Source of the DNA: Cyanophora paradoxa CCMP329
Taxonomy: Eukaryota > Plantae > Glaucophyta
NCBI GenBank assembly: GCA_004431415.1
Contig: QPMI01000641.1
Coordinates: 114,079-178,078 of the forward strand
Length of the DNA stretch: 64,000 bases
Direction of reading: 5' to 3'
This document shows, one piece after another, positions 11,916-20,987 of this stretch (position 1 is the stretch's first letter; each line of letters begins with the position of its first letter). The notes under the pieces were generated by a model. The model saw only the letters and a program-made list of their open reading frames with translations, made no database searches and was not told the DNA's origin. A program made the translations under genes and the position numbers.

Positions 11916-13053
11916 ATGTCGCTTGCTGGGACAACTTTAAAGGAACTCCTCGTTACTCCCGGATCGGATCAAATTTATCTATCTCCCGGTCTTCAAATCG
12001 GAACCAACCCCAAGTATAAGCCGTTCCTTGAACAAGTCCGTCCACGCGGTAATACCTTTGGGTTTAAGACGACCGCTTACTTCGATCTCCCACGCAAGCA
12101 ACTCCTCAGTGGCGTTTCGCTTTATTTCAAAGTGACCACTGGTGGTGGTGTTGCTTGCACTCTTCCCAATGGCGGCGCTTCATTCATCAATGAGATCCGC
12201 TTCGTACATGGTGGGTTTAAGTACATCATCCCCGGTGATTGGATTACTGTGAATGCCCTTATTGATACTGATCATTCTACCATGGGTAGTCTGCATGCTT
12301 CTCTTGGTTTCTTCAAGGAAATCGAACGTGACAGCACCAATGAATCGATGGAGTACATTGTAAGAATTCCCGCGCAATTCTGGGATGATGCCTATTTCCC
12401 TCTTTGCGTTCTGGCGGATATGCCCACGATTGAGGTTGATTTCCGCGATGTTGGAATAGTCGAAGTCCCTGCTGGTGGATCGGCAAGCATTGCAGACTGT
12501 TCCCTCATCTGTCAATTCGTTAATATTGCTTCTGCGGAGGCTGAGACTCTGTTAAAGACAGCGAATGAGCAAGGCGGTATTCGTATCCCCATTACTGAGG
12601 TGATCCACAAGAAGACTCGTGCGCTGAAAACTGCCGATGCTGGGGAGACCGTCGAGGTGACACTTGCTAATGTTTCTGGTCTGGTTCACAGTGTTCTGAT
12701 GACGGTACGTGAGGTAAACAAACTCAATACTTACACTCACTCTGACTTTTGTGGTCACGTTTCGGATGTTAAAATTGATCAGTTCCAAATCTTCCACAAC
12801 AACCGTTCGCTCGATATTTCCAACAAACCAATTAGCGGTTTCCTCTCCGCTATTAATCACATTCCTACTCATTATAAGGGTGTTACAGTTGGTAATGTCT
12901 CTTATGGATTTGAGGCTGGTAATGTTTACGGAATTGTTCTCAGCAAGAGCGGCAAGGATTCCCTCCACAACTCCGTCATGGGATACCAAGATTTCTTCAA
13001 CTCTTCAAGTTCATACATGGATCTGACTGTTTCCGGTTGCACTGATGCGGCGC
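11916..13053 (+). pseudogene. Major capsid protein of element A, 5' part, split by element B
   Basis: Near-identical to intact 42457..43683 up to GCTDAA. Joined to 47055-47143 it gives 408 aa, the same length as the paralog. Confidence 0.9.
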
Positions 13054-13458
13054 AGCTCAGCACTGCGCCGTGTCTCCAAAAAAATACCCGCGAAAAAAAT
13101 CAAAAACAAATCAGAAAACAAACCATTCCCAGTAACCCAATCTTGAATATCAGTAAATCTCAGTAAGCCTCAGTAACCAAAATTGAATTAATCGAAGTTA
13201 TATCATAATCTCGATTAATTATATCTTATCGAAGTTATATCTTTTTTATGCGCCGTGTCTCCAAAACAATTCCCAAGAAAAACAAACCATTCACAGTAAC
13301 CCAATTCCAAATCTCACTAAATCTCAGTAAGCCTCAGTAACAAAAATCGAATTAATCGAAGTTATATCTTAAATCTTATTTATCGAAGTTATATCATTAT
13401 CTCGATTAATTATATTTAATCGAAGTTATATCCTTTTTATCCGCCGTGTCTCCCATGA
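13054..13458. repeat. Left TIR of element B
   Basis: Reverse complement of 46645-47049. Internal duplication of about 190 bp, three copies of CGCCGTGTCTCC and repeated ATCGAAGTTATATC. Confidence 0.95.
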
Positions 13459-13459
13459 T

Positions 13460-14521
13460 TTAGCGTTTCGTTAAACCACTTCTCAAATTGTATCTCCTCC
13501 GAATTACATTACTCCGATTGGGTTTTATGCCTTCTTTTGCTACCAATCGATTCACTTTATTCGTTTTATTAACCTGCTGAATCCGTTTTTGTGATGGTAT
13601 CTTAATGATATCATCTTTATTCACCTTTTGCAATTCTTGTTTCTTAAATCTCCTCTTCACTTCTTTTGTTTCCTCACCATCATTATCTTCAAGCACTTTG
13701 AAACGATTCCTATCAGCCTTTGCAACAGTGTAGACCTTCTGACTGAATTGCGCACCTTCTTTTTCAAACAATCCCTTTGGTTGCAAAACTCGAACTGTGT
13801 CTCCTGGTTTCACTTGATTAGTATCAGCCTCCTTTACACGATTGTTGTGAACAGTATCCCTCATGTAAATAAATAACTGTTTATCTTCATTTGTATACAC
13901 TGCATTTGGAGAGTCATTTTTCAATGCAGAATGGGGACTGCTATTATACAAGTCAATTACATCACTAAGTAGATCGATCCATTTCGTGGTTCCCTTTGCT
14001 GTCATCGATTTTCTGAGATACTGTTTGAAAGTCCTAGTGAACCTATCAATTATCCCCAGTTTATCTCCTACTGTGATGTGGTCATCCTTTGCCACATCTG
14101 TGTATAGCATTACACCATGTTCACTGCACCAATTTCGGTATACTGCCTGGGAAAACTCATTATCCCCAGAGAGAGCATTAACTTTGCCTGCTTCTTGCTT
14201 GAACCTATTTAAAATGCTCGGGATCTCACTGCTGTTTTTAAAAGGATAAACAAATCCTTTGCGACTAAGTATGTCTACGAAACTAAGCATTTTGAAAATG
14301 CCATTGTTGGCAGTCTGAAACCCTCTGAAATATGTTATATCGATTTGAAACGATCTAGGCTTTGCCACTATGCGAAGAAACGATTTGGGTTTCCTTGGTT
14401 TCTTGTAAATTTGCTGGAGTTCTGAGTTTTTGAACTTCTTTTTCAACTCTTTTTCATCAAAACTCACTTTTTCATTAATCAGTTTCTGCCTATACTTTTT
14501 GAATGATAATACACTATCCAT
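13460..14521 (-). CDS. Retroviral-like (rve) integrase, element B
   Basis: FQID...VDILSRK...SGDNEF...IIDRFTRTFK...YNSSPHSAL...PGDTVRV motifs of Polinton/PLV integrases. Confidence 0.9.
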   Translation of the reverse strand: MDSVLSFKKYRQKLINEKVSFDEKELKKKFKNSELQQIYKKPRKPKSFLRIVAKPRSFQIDITYFRGFQTANNGIFKMLSFVDILSRKGFVYPFKNSSEIPSILNRFKQEAGKVNALSGDNEFSQAVYRNWCSEHGVMLYTDVAKDDHITVGDKLGIIDRFTRTFKQYLRKSMTAKGTTKWIDLLSDVIDLYNSSPHSALKNDSPNAVYTNEDKQLFIYMRDTVHNNRVKEADTNQVKPGDTVRVLQPKGLFEKEGAQFSQKVYTVAKADRNRFKVLEDNDGEETKEVKRRFKKQELQKVNKDDIIKIPSQKRIQQVNKTNKVNRLVAKEGIKPNRSNVIRRRYNLRSGLTKR

Positions 14522-16051
14522 TATTGGGCGGCACAGTTACACTTAATATGAGAGAGGAAACAATTTTTGGTAATGTGAGCCACAGCATTATTAATTCGAT
14601 CTACCGAAATATCTTCAAAGTCCATGGCATTGTAGCATCGCAGGCAATGCCCATACTGCTTCCCATATCGCTGCTTGATCCAATCCCATGTGATGTAATC
14701 ATGCTCATCGAATTGTCTGTTTGCTGCTCGGTCCTGATCCTTGTAAGTCGAAATCTTCTCGTTATTCTCTCTTTTCCACACTTTCCAGTGAGCCATTTCG
14801 AAATTATCATGGTAAATAACAACATCATCCAGCCTTGTGGTTCGAGTGAGAGCAACATATAGCCACTTCTTTGAAACAAATGGCGCCCCAGTTTCGAACA
14901 CGACTACCCTGTTCCCTTTGCAGCGAATCGTATCACCTTGAACAACATGGCAGGTGTTTGCGTAAGCCAGGGCGAAATGTTTGACTGCATCCCTGCTGAG
15001 AACAATCTCATCCTTCTTGTTGGCAATGTCAGCAATAATGAAACTGTCCTTTGAGAGCTTGACAATCTTGTAGACAAATCCATTATGAACTATCTTCCCA
15101 CCCTTTGCAATACGAGTCTTTGCAACAACTTTGATCCCGCCAGCATAAATGGAAACATTATCCCCGTAGTTCATTTTGTGAAGGGCTAGGTTCACCTCTG
15201 CACCCTTGCGGTTTGTATACACAATGCCTTTATCTGTCTTTGCCAATTCGTCCACAACCTTGAACCCGTACTTTGCTAGGACCTCACTTACACTCAAACC
15301 TTTCTCGAATAAATCAATTCGAATTTGCTCAACCTTTCTGCGATCTTCCTCAGTCTCATGGCGCTTGTTCACTTGGAGTAACAATTCGTTGGGGAACAGG
15401 CGATGGAGGATATCAAGGTAATACTCATCTTGATCAACACTCATATCCTGAATGGGTGGGTTCTGATACGGGTCACCTGTGGCAATGTATACCTTATCTG
15501 GGAACTGCTCATTCATGATGTGGTCCAGGGCTGCCAGTTCTCCAATCTTAAACTGACAGATCTCATCAATAACAATGCAATCAAATTCTACCAAACCAGA
15601 TGCATTCCCTCCTACGATTTCATCCATGTTCGACTCATCGATTTTGAGATGAAGGGCATCATAGATTGTCTTCACATTTTTCAATCCTTGCTCTTTCATT
15701 TCCTTCACTCGCTTGTTGGTCGGAACAATATAGAGGGGATTTTTGAAACGCTTCCCATATTCAACTGTCATGTGAGTCTTTCCAACTCCTGGAACTGATC
15801 CGAGAAGAACCCATCGTTTTTGTGTAGCCAGCAAATCACAAATCGCGGTTGTGTCATACTCATCAACCACAGAGTGTTTGGTATAACTGTAGTTCTCGAT
15901 TTTCACAAAGTCAGTCGCTCTCTCAAACTTTCCGTAACGAATTCGTTTTGCCTCGAGGTCTTTCTTCTCACCTGAAAACTTTTTAGAAAAATTGGGGCAG
16001 CATTTCACACTGAATTTTCCAATATTCTCAAAGGCATTGCGATCGAATGAC
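14521..16051 (-). pseudogene. 3' part of element B PolB-SF1 helicase-HNH fusion (helicase plus HNH-like domain)
   Basis: SF1B motifs GSVPGVGKT, IVIDE, GDPYQ, TCHVVQG, LYVALTR. C-terminal CLRC...SVDRINN..H...N...HIKCN. Confidence 0.9.
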
Positions 16052-16428
16052 TGTTGTAAAGGGGAGGACCCCACCCCAAACCAGACCACCGACTAGTCTG
16101 GTTTTACCTTCAGGGATCCACCCCTTCTAGCGTCATCGATCAACAATTTCCCTGAAAGATTTTTAGACGTGCTCCAAGTAGATGTGTTGATGGGAAAAGC
16201 ATGGATATGGAGAATGGAGGGCGTGAGGGTGAGTACAGAGAAGCTAAACGAGGAAAATGTGTTAAGCTATAGCTAGGCGATATTAATGAGTACAGAGAAG
16301 CTAAACGAGGAAACGTGTTAAGCTCTAGCTAGATGTAATTGATGTGTACAGAGAAGCTAAACGAGGAAAAAGCGTTAAGCTATAGCCCCACGTAAGGACG
16401 GGCCCCCAGAGCGGTCTGGTGCGGCCTC
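16052..16428. repeat. Left TIR of element C
   Basis: Reverse complement of 36930-37306 with a few mismatches. Contains three tandem units of about 57 bp (GTACAGAGAAGCTAAACGAGGAAA). Confidence 0.95.
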
Positions 16429-16771
16429 ATTCCACTTGATCTGGTTGCTTTTCCGAAACTGGAGTCTTCTCCTTTCTGAAACTTGATAGCAGGGACTTCT
16501 TTCTTTTCAGGGGCTTTGGGATATTTGGGGGTGGCCAAGACGATCTTCGGTTATCAGAATCAAGCCATGGTACAGGTGAGTCGGATCGTGTAAAAGGAGA
16601 ATTGGACCTTGAAGTCCCAGGTGTGTTATTAGGCGATAGCTGAGTATCAGGGGTGCGCGACCCCTCAGTGTCAGATATTTCGAGGTTAATAGTTGTCTCG
16701 CAGCAGCTGCATTTCAATTTGCTGGTGACGTTGAGATGGAACATCTCCATGCATTTACGGAGCAAATCCAT
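16427..16771 (-). CDS. Hypothetical protein (Cys cluster, Ser/Pro-rich, basic NLS-like KPLKRKK)
   Basis: ORF fills the gap between the TIR and the fibre cassette, with AT-rich upstream sequence. Confidence 0.55.
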   Translation of the reverse strand: MDLLRKCMEMFHLNVTSKLKCSCCETTINLEISDTEGSRTPDTQLSPNNTPGTSRSNSPFTRSDSPVPWLDSDNRRSSWPPPNIPKPLKRKKSLLSSFRKEKTPVSEKQPDQVE

Positions 16772-16802
16772 CTAGTATGGGCTATATATAAAAACAAAGA
16801 TT

Positions 16803-17636
16803 CTATGGGTTGGGATCAGCCCCACCAATTGGGAAATAACGATTCGAATTGAACGTTTCCCCGTACTTGACACCATTTGCAATTGCATCTGTTCTTTCGG
16901 CAAATAGAATAATTTTATAGGCCCCCATGAGCGTAGCCCTCACAATAAACTGGTAATCTTCAACCCCCACTGGAGTAGAATGGAAAGCGACACCAAAATT
17001 GTCGATCGGATTGATTAAAACAGCTATGTTTGGCCGGAGAGCATCATTCCTCCTACAAAGGAAATAGATATCAGGGGGAATATCAACAACACTCTTGAAG
17101 TGATTTCCGAGTGGCTGAACGTTATCTACGATCGATGTTTGCTCATTTATATTTAGCGTGAATAGTTTGATGATATAAGGCAAATTCATACCAGGAACAT
17201 ACGTTCTGATTCTTTCATTAGTGTTTTCAGGGTTAGGTTGATCATTAACAAATATAGGGGCGCAAGCAGCGCCACCCACTCTCAGACCATCTCCAATATA
17301 AGCACCTCCAAATCTGCAGGTCACAGCTCCTATTCTTGATTCGTAGGTAAAAGTATTAACCTTGTTAGCATCGTCATAGCTATCAGGATTGCCATAATGC
17401 GCATTAAAATTAGCATTAGTTACAAGGAGATTAGTCGTTTTAATAGTGCCATTATTTTTGTCACATCGAACCTCTCCTAAACGTAAAATGTGATTTTCTC
17501 GGAAGGTGTTTAGAGTTGGCTGCTGCTCCGTTGATTGTAGGCCGGGGACGTCATCTGAGATGGCGTGCTGCAGGACGTGATTTACTGGGGCCGCAAGGGT
17601 TAAAGTTGGAACAACAATTCTTTCAACAGCTTCCAT
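16803..17636 (-). CDS. Putative fibre/receptor-binding paralog 1
   Basis: Shares the N-terminal module (H..SD..PG..STE...F....LR..E.R.D.N.G..KTT.L.V.N...GGAYIGDG) with three neighbours. Confidence 0.65.
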   Translation of the reverse strand: MEAVERIVVPTLTLAAPVNHVLQHAISDDVPGLQSTEQQPTLNTFRENHILRLGEVRCDKNNGTIKTTNLLVTNANFNAHYGNPDSYDDANKVNTFTYESRIGAVTCRFGGAYIGDGLRVGGAACAPIFVNDQPNPENTNERIRTYVPGMNLPYIIKLFTLNINEQTSIVDNVQPLGNHFKSVVDIPPDIYFLCRRNDALRPNIAVLINPIDNFGVAFHSTPVGVEDYQFIVRATLMGAYKIILFAERTDAIANGVKYGETFNSNRYFPIGGADPNP

Positions 17637-17664
17637 TTTAGAAAACAGAAGATAAAACTTTCAC

Positions 17665-18513
17665 TCAAGCTATAGGATTTTCAGGACTGATCTCGTCGTA
17701 CATATTATTCAGTGCTGGATCTGGGTTTAGTCCTCTAGTAGCCGCTGATGCAGCTACATCGGAGCGATAGCCGATGATTAGGATAGAATACCTGCCTATA
17801 GCGGTAGCATATAAATCGAAAAGATGCCTTGTATTAATATTACGAACAACGTATCCACGTCCTGCGTGTCCTAGACCCTGTACAAAGAACGTATACACAT
17901 GCCCTATCTGATCATTTTGATCTTGACAGAGCGATTGAAGTGCCTTGGGGATTTCTCTGTTTGAAAGCAACCTCTCACCATCCAGACCATTAGGTGTACT
18001 TGAATTAGCTATTGTTATCTCAACTTCTACTAAAGCCTGTGCATAGGGAAGGTCACAGCAGGGTACATACATGCGAACTCGTTTACGATTTTCAGCATTC
18101 TCTAATGAAAAGTCCGGGACATCATTAATGGCAATCGATGACGAAAGCCCTCCACTAACTCGGCAGGCTCCGGTAATAGCTGCCCCTCCGGAACGCACAG
18201 TGAGAGCAGCAGTGTTTTGATCGTAGTTTATGCTTCGGAGGTCAACACTGTACGAATCAACTCCCCCTGTTATGGGCTGGGAGAAATTCGCGTTTGTAAC
18301 TAGTAATCTAGTTGTTTTTACAACCCCAGAGTTTTTATCTGCCCGCAATTCTTTACACCGAATCACTGATCTCTGATCAAATGCATTAGTAGAGTTTGGT
18401 CGCTCGGTGGACTCTAATCCAGCAATAGCATCGCTAACTTCATGCTGCCTCATATGGATGGCTGGGGAGCCCAGCGAGTAGATAGGTAGTTGGACCCGAT
18501 TGTACTCGGTCAT
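17665..18513 (-). CDS. Putative fibre/receptor-binding paralog 2
   Basis: Same N-terminal module. C-terminus related to paralog 1 (RVRMYVP..DLPY; Y.I.....R.D). Confidence 0.65.
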   Translation of the reverse strand: MTEYNRVQLPIYSLGSPAIHMRQHEVSDAIAGLESTERPNSTNAFDQRSVIRCKELRADKNSGVVKTTRLLVTNANFSQPITGGVDSYSVDLRSINYDQNTAALTVRSGGAAITGACRVSGGLSSSIAINDVPDFSLENAENRKRVRMYVPCCDLPYAQALVEVEITIANSSTPNGLDGERLLSNREIPKALQSLCQDQNDQIGHVYTFFVQGLGHAGRGYVVRNINTRHLFDLYATAIGRYSILIIGYRSDVAASAATRGLNPDPALNNMYDEISPENPIA

Positions 18514-18567
18514 TTAATAGAACCGCGAGAGAAAAATAAATGAGGTTGCAGACAAGAGATAGCTTCA

Positions 18568-18831
18568 CTACTCTTCTGTGACATTGTTATACTCGATGCC
18601 TTTCTTTACTGTTCCCCTTTGGAATGCCTGTAACACAATGGCTTCCTTTGAGGTTGGTATTTGAACTCCTGATGAGATGCAAGATTGAATCTCTTTTTGA
18701 ACAATCTCCTCAATTGCAATTCTTGCCCTGTTATGAACAACATTATCAATCCAATCCTGAACAGAAGCAGCGCAATATTCCATTCCCAACTTTTCAATAT
18801 CTGAGAGAGCCACTTGGTATATATTCGACAT
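18568..18831 (-). CDS. Small protein resembling phage fibre-associated proteins
   Basis: MEYCAASVQDWIDNVVHNRARIAIEEI pattern, recalled from small ORFs beside fibre genes of marine phages (not verified). Confidence 0.55.
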   Translation of the reverse strand: MSNIYQVALSDIEKLGMEYCAASVQDWIDNVVHNRARIAIEEIVQKEIQSCISSGVQIPTSKEAIVLQAFQRGTVKKGIEYNNVTEE

Positions 18832-18852
18832 TCCTATTTTATAGAGAGAAAA

Positions 18853-19875
18853 TTATGTGAGACTGAGAAGCTCACCTGTGAATGTTGTTCGATTTGTGTA
18901 GCTACCCCCATTATTTGTTACAAGTGTTACATACTCACCCATAGCAATGTTGAGAATTACACTAATGTAAAGCGGTTTATTCGTGAGAGTGGAGTTATTT
19001 TGTGTTATAATACTTTGACCCCCTGGGTCTTGGTCATTTACTTTTAAAGAGAGACTTATTGGACTACTTGATGTTGAATGGGTATATGCTGTAAATCTGT
19101 AATGACCTGCAACAGGAGCAGTGAACCTACCATTACCCACATTGAATGCCCCCCTATTATTCACAAACACTACCCCCCAATTGATAAGAGCAGTTTCACT
19201 GGTAGCAACATGAGGATAATTAAGTTGAACAGAAAATCGAGGCTGAAAATCATATTTTAAATAACAATTTGTATTAATTGTCAAGCGATTGGCTTCAAGA
19301 GTAGCCAAAACATCACTATTGCGTTTCAAAACAAGATTTACATCTGCTCCTGTATCGATTTCAGGTGTGACCACCTTGGAAGTTGCTGTTATTATCGATT
19401 GTGTTGTTTCTGGAATACTTATGCCTCCATGGGCTGTTACTGAACCTGTAAATGTGCTTGTTCCTGTAATGTTCACTTGATTGGCTGTTAGAGTTCCATC
19501 AATCCTTGCCCCATCTCCAATATATGCCCCTCCACTTCTAACTGAAAGAGCAGCATTATTAATTGTATTATCAAAAGTAACTATTTTGGGTGTGGTGAAC
19601 CCTCCCACATTGTCATAAATTGCTGTATCTGAAACAATTTGACCTGATTGGACTTGGTTCTTGTTAGATACAATGAGACCTGTGGTTCTCACTTTTCCCC
19701 CATTGCGATCACATCGAATTTCTTTACATCTAATCACAGAGTTCTGTGAAAACGAATCAGCCCCTGTTGTTTCTGTGCAAATAAACCCAGGTGTTGCATC
19801 TGTTACTGTATGGTTCAGTTGATGTATTTTTGGGGCGGCATAACAGAAAACAGGAACAGCAATTTGTGTAGACAT
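18853..19875 (-). CDS. Fibre protein with C-terminal C1q-like domain (paralog 3)
   Basis: Shared N-module. C-terminal PRFSV...VFVNNRGAFNVGNGRFTAPVAGHYRF...FTGELL is a C1q signature. Confidence 0.8.
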   Translation of the reverse strand: MSTQIAVPVFCYAAPKIHQLNHTVTDATPGFICTETTGADSFSQNSVIRCKEIRCDRNGGKVRTTGLIVSNKNQVQSGQIVSDTAIYDNVGGFTTPKIVTFDNTINNAALSVRSGGAYIGDGARIDGTLTANQVNITGTSTFTGSVTAHGGISIPETTQSIITATSKVVTPEIDTGADVNLVLKRNSDVLATLEANRLTINTNCYLKYDFQPRFSVQLNYPHVATSETALINWGVVFVNNRGAFNVGNGRFTAPVAGHYRFTAYTHSTSSSPISLSLKVNDQDPGGQSIITQNNSTLTNKPLYISVILNIAMGEYVTLVTNNGGSYTNRTTFTGELLSLT

Positions 19876-19897
19876 TCTTTATACTATACAGATAATA

Positions 19898-20968
19898 TTA
19901 TGTAGCACTAACAAGATCACAAGAAAGATAGTATCTGATATCAAATTGAAGAGTGGCACCAGAACTATTGCGCATATCAAAGGAGTCACCTTGAATAAGA
20001 GAAAGTAAAACTTCAAATGAAATTGGAGTTACAAATGTATTAGAAATCCCCGCGGACGGCATTGAAACTCTTGTTTGGAGGGTTGTAGGATTTCCATTTA
20101 AATAAATGCTGGTAGCAATATGAGTATAAGAGGTTGTGCCAGCTCTCATGCATGCAAAGAACACCCTATATACTCCGGAAACAGGAGCTGTAAATTTTGT
20201 GGATGCAAAGTTTCCCTCATTGTTTACAAAATAAGCTCCACCTGTAAAGGAAAATGCTGTTGCAGTGTTAAGTATTACTGTCCCTGTCATACCAGGAGCT
20301 TGTCTTGATATATTCATTCTTGGACAATAGGTTCGTTTCAGACCACTATTTTCCGGGATTGTGATTACATTCAGATCTGTTATTGTCTTTTCGAGAGTGA
20401 AAATGGTATCTCCGTTTCGTTTGTAATTCATATTCACATTTGTCCCATTGTCTATCTCAGGTGTTTGAACTCTTGTGGTTGCTTTTCGAGTTTCAACGCT
20501 AACAGTTCCCGAGAGTCCGCCATTGAAGGTCATCAATCCTGTAAATGAACTTGTTCCATTCACATTAAATTGATTTGCTGTGACAGTCCCCACCACAATT
20601 GCTCCATCACCAATGTATGCCCCTCCACTCTTGACCACAAGAGCCGAGTTATTACTTGTGTTATCAAAAGTAACTATCTTTGCTGTGGTGAATCCACCCA
20701 CATTATCATATATTGCTGAATCGGGGACTACCTGCCCTGCTTGAACTTGATTTTTATTCGAGATTATAATGCCTGTGGTTCTAATCTTGCCTCCATTTCG
20801 ATCACATCGAATTTCTTTGACTCTGAGTATACTATTCTCTGTGAAAGAGGTATTGCTTGAAGTTTCTGTGGAAATATACTCAGGGGTTGAATCAACTACT
20901 CCATGAGAGGTGCTGTGAAGTGATTTTGCGGCGAGTTCATAGTTTGGGATTTCTAATAGAGAGGTCAT
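19898..20968 (-). CDS. Fibre protein with C-terminal C1q-like domain (paralog 4)
   Basis: Start taken at MTSLLEIP. N-half highly similar to paralog 3. FVNNEGNFASTKFTAPVSGVYRV. Confidence 0.8.
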   Translation of the reverse strand: MTSLLEIPNYELAAKSLHSTSHGVVDSTPEYISTETSSNTSFTENSILRVKEIRCDRNGGKIRTTGIIISNKNQVQAGQVVPDSAIYDNVGGFTTAKIVTFDNTSNNSALVVKSGGAYIGDGAIVVGTVTANQFNVNGTSSFTGLMTFNGGLSGTVSVETRKATTRVQTPEIDNGTNVNMNYKRNGDTIFTLEKTITDLNVITIPENSGLKRTYCPRMNISRQAPGMTGTVILNTATAFSFTGGAYFVNNEGNFASTKFTAPVSGVYRVFFACMRAGTTSYTHIATSIYLNGNPTTLQTRVSMPSAGISNTFVTPISFEVLLSLIQGDSFDMRNSSGATLQFDIRYYLSCDLVSAT

Positions 20969-20987
20969 CTTTATAATTACGAAATAG

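Noticed and set aside
13050-13053. Alternative boundary for B: 3-bp TSD GCG with CAG..CTG ends
   Set aside because: Formally compatible, but A's homologous end stops at TGAGCT followed by T, and a 5-bp TSD with AG..CT ends fits rve integrases better.
14521-16089. Track ORFs 14521..16089, 37228..39882, 11916..13166 and 10413..10940 as complete genes
   Set aside because: Their ends are read-through into TIRs. They are halves of split genes.
17637-18852. TCTA late-promoter-like motif before some fibre genes
   Set aside because: A 4-mer in AT-rich DNA, absent upstream of several other structural genes.
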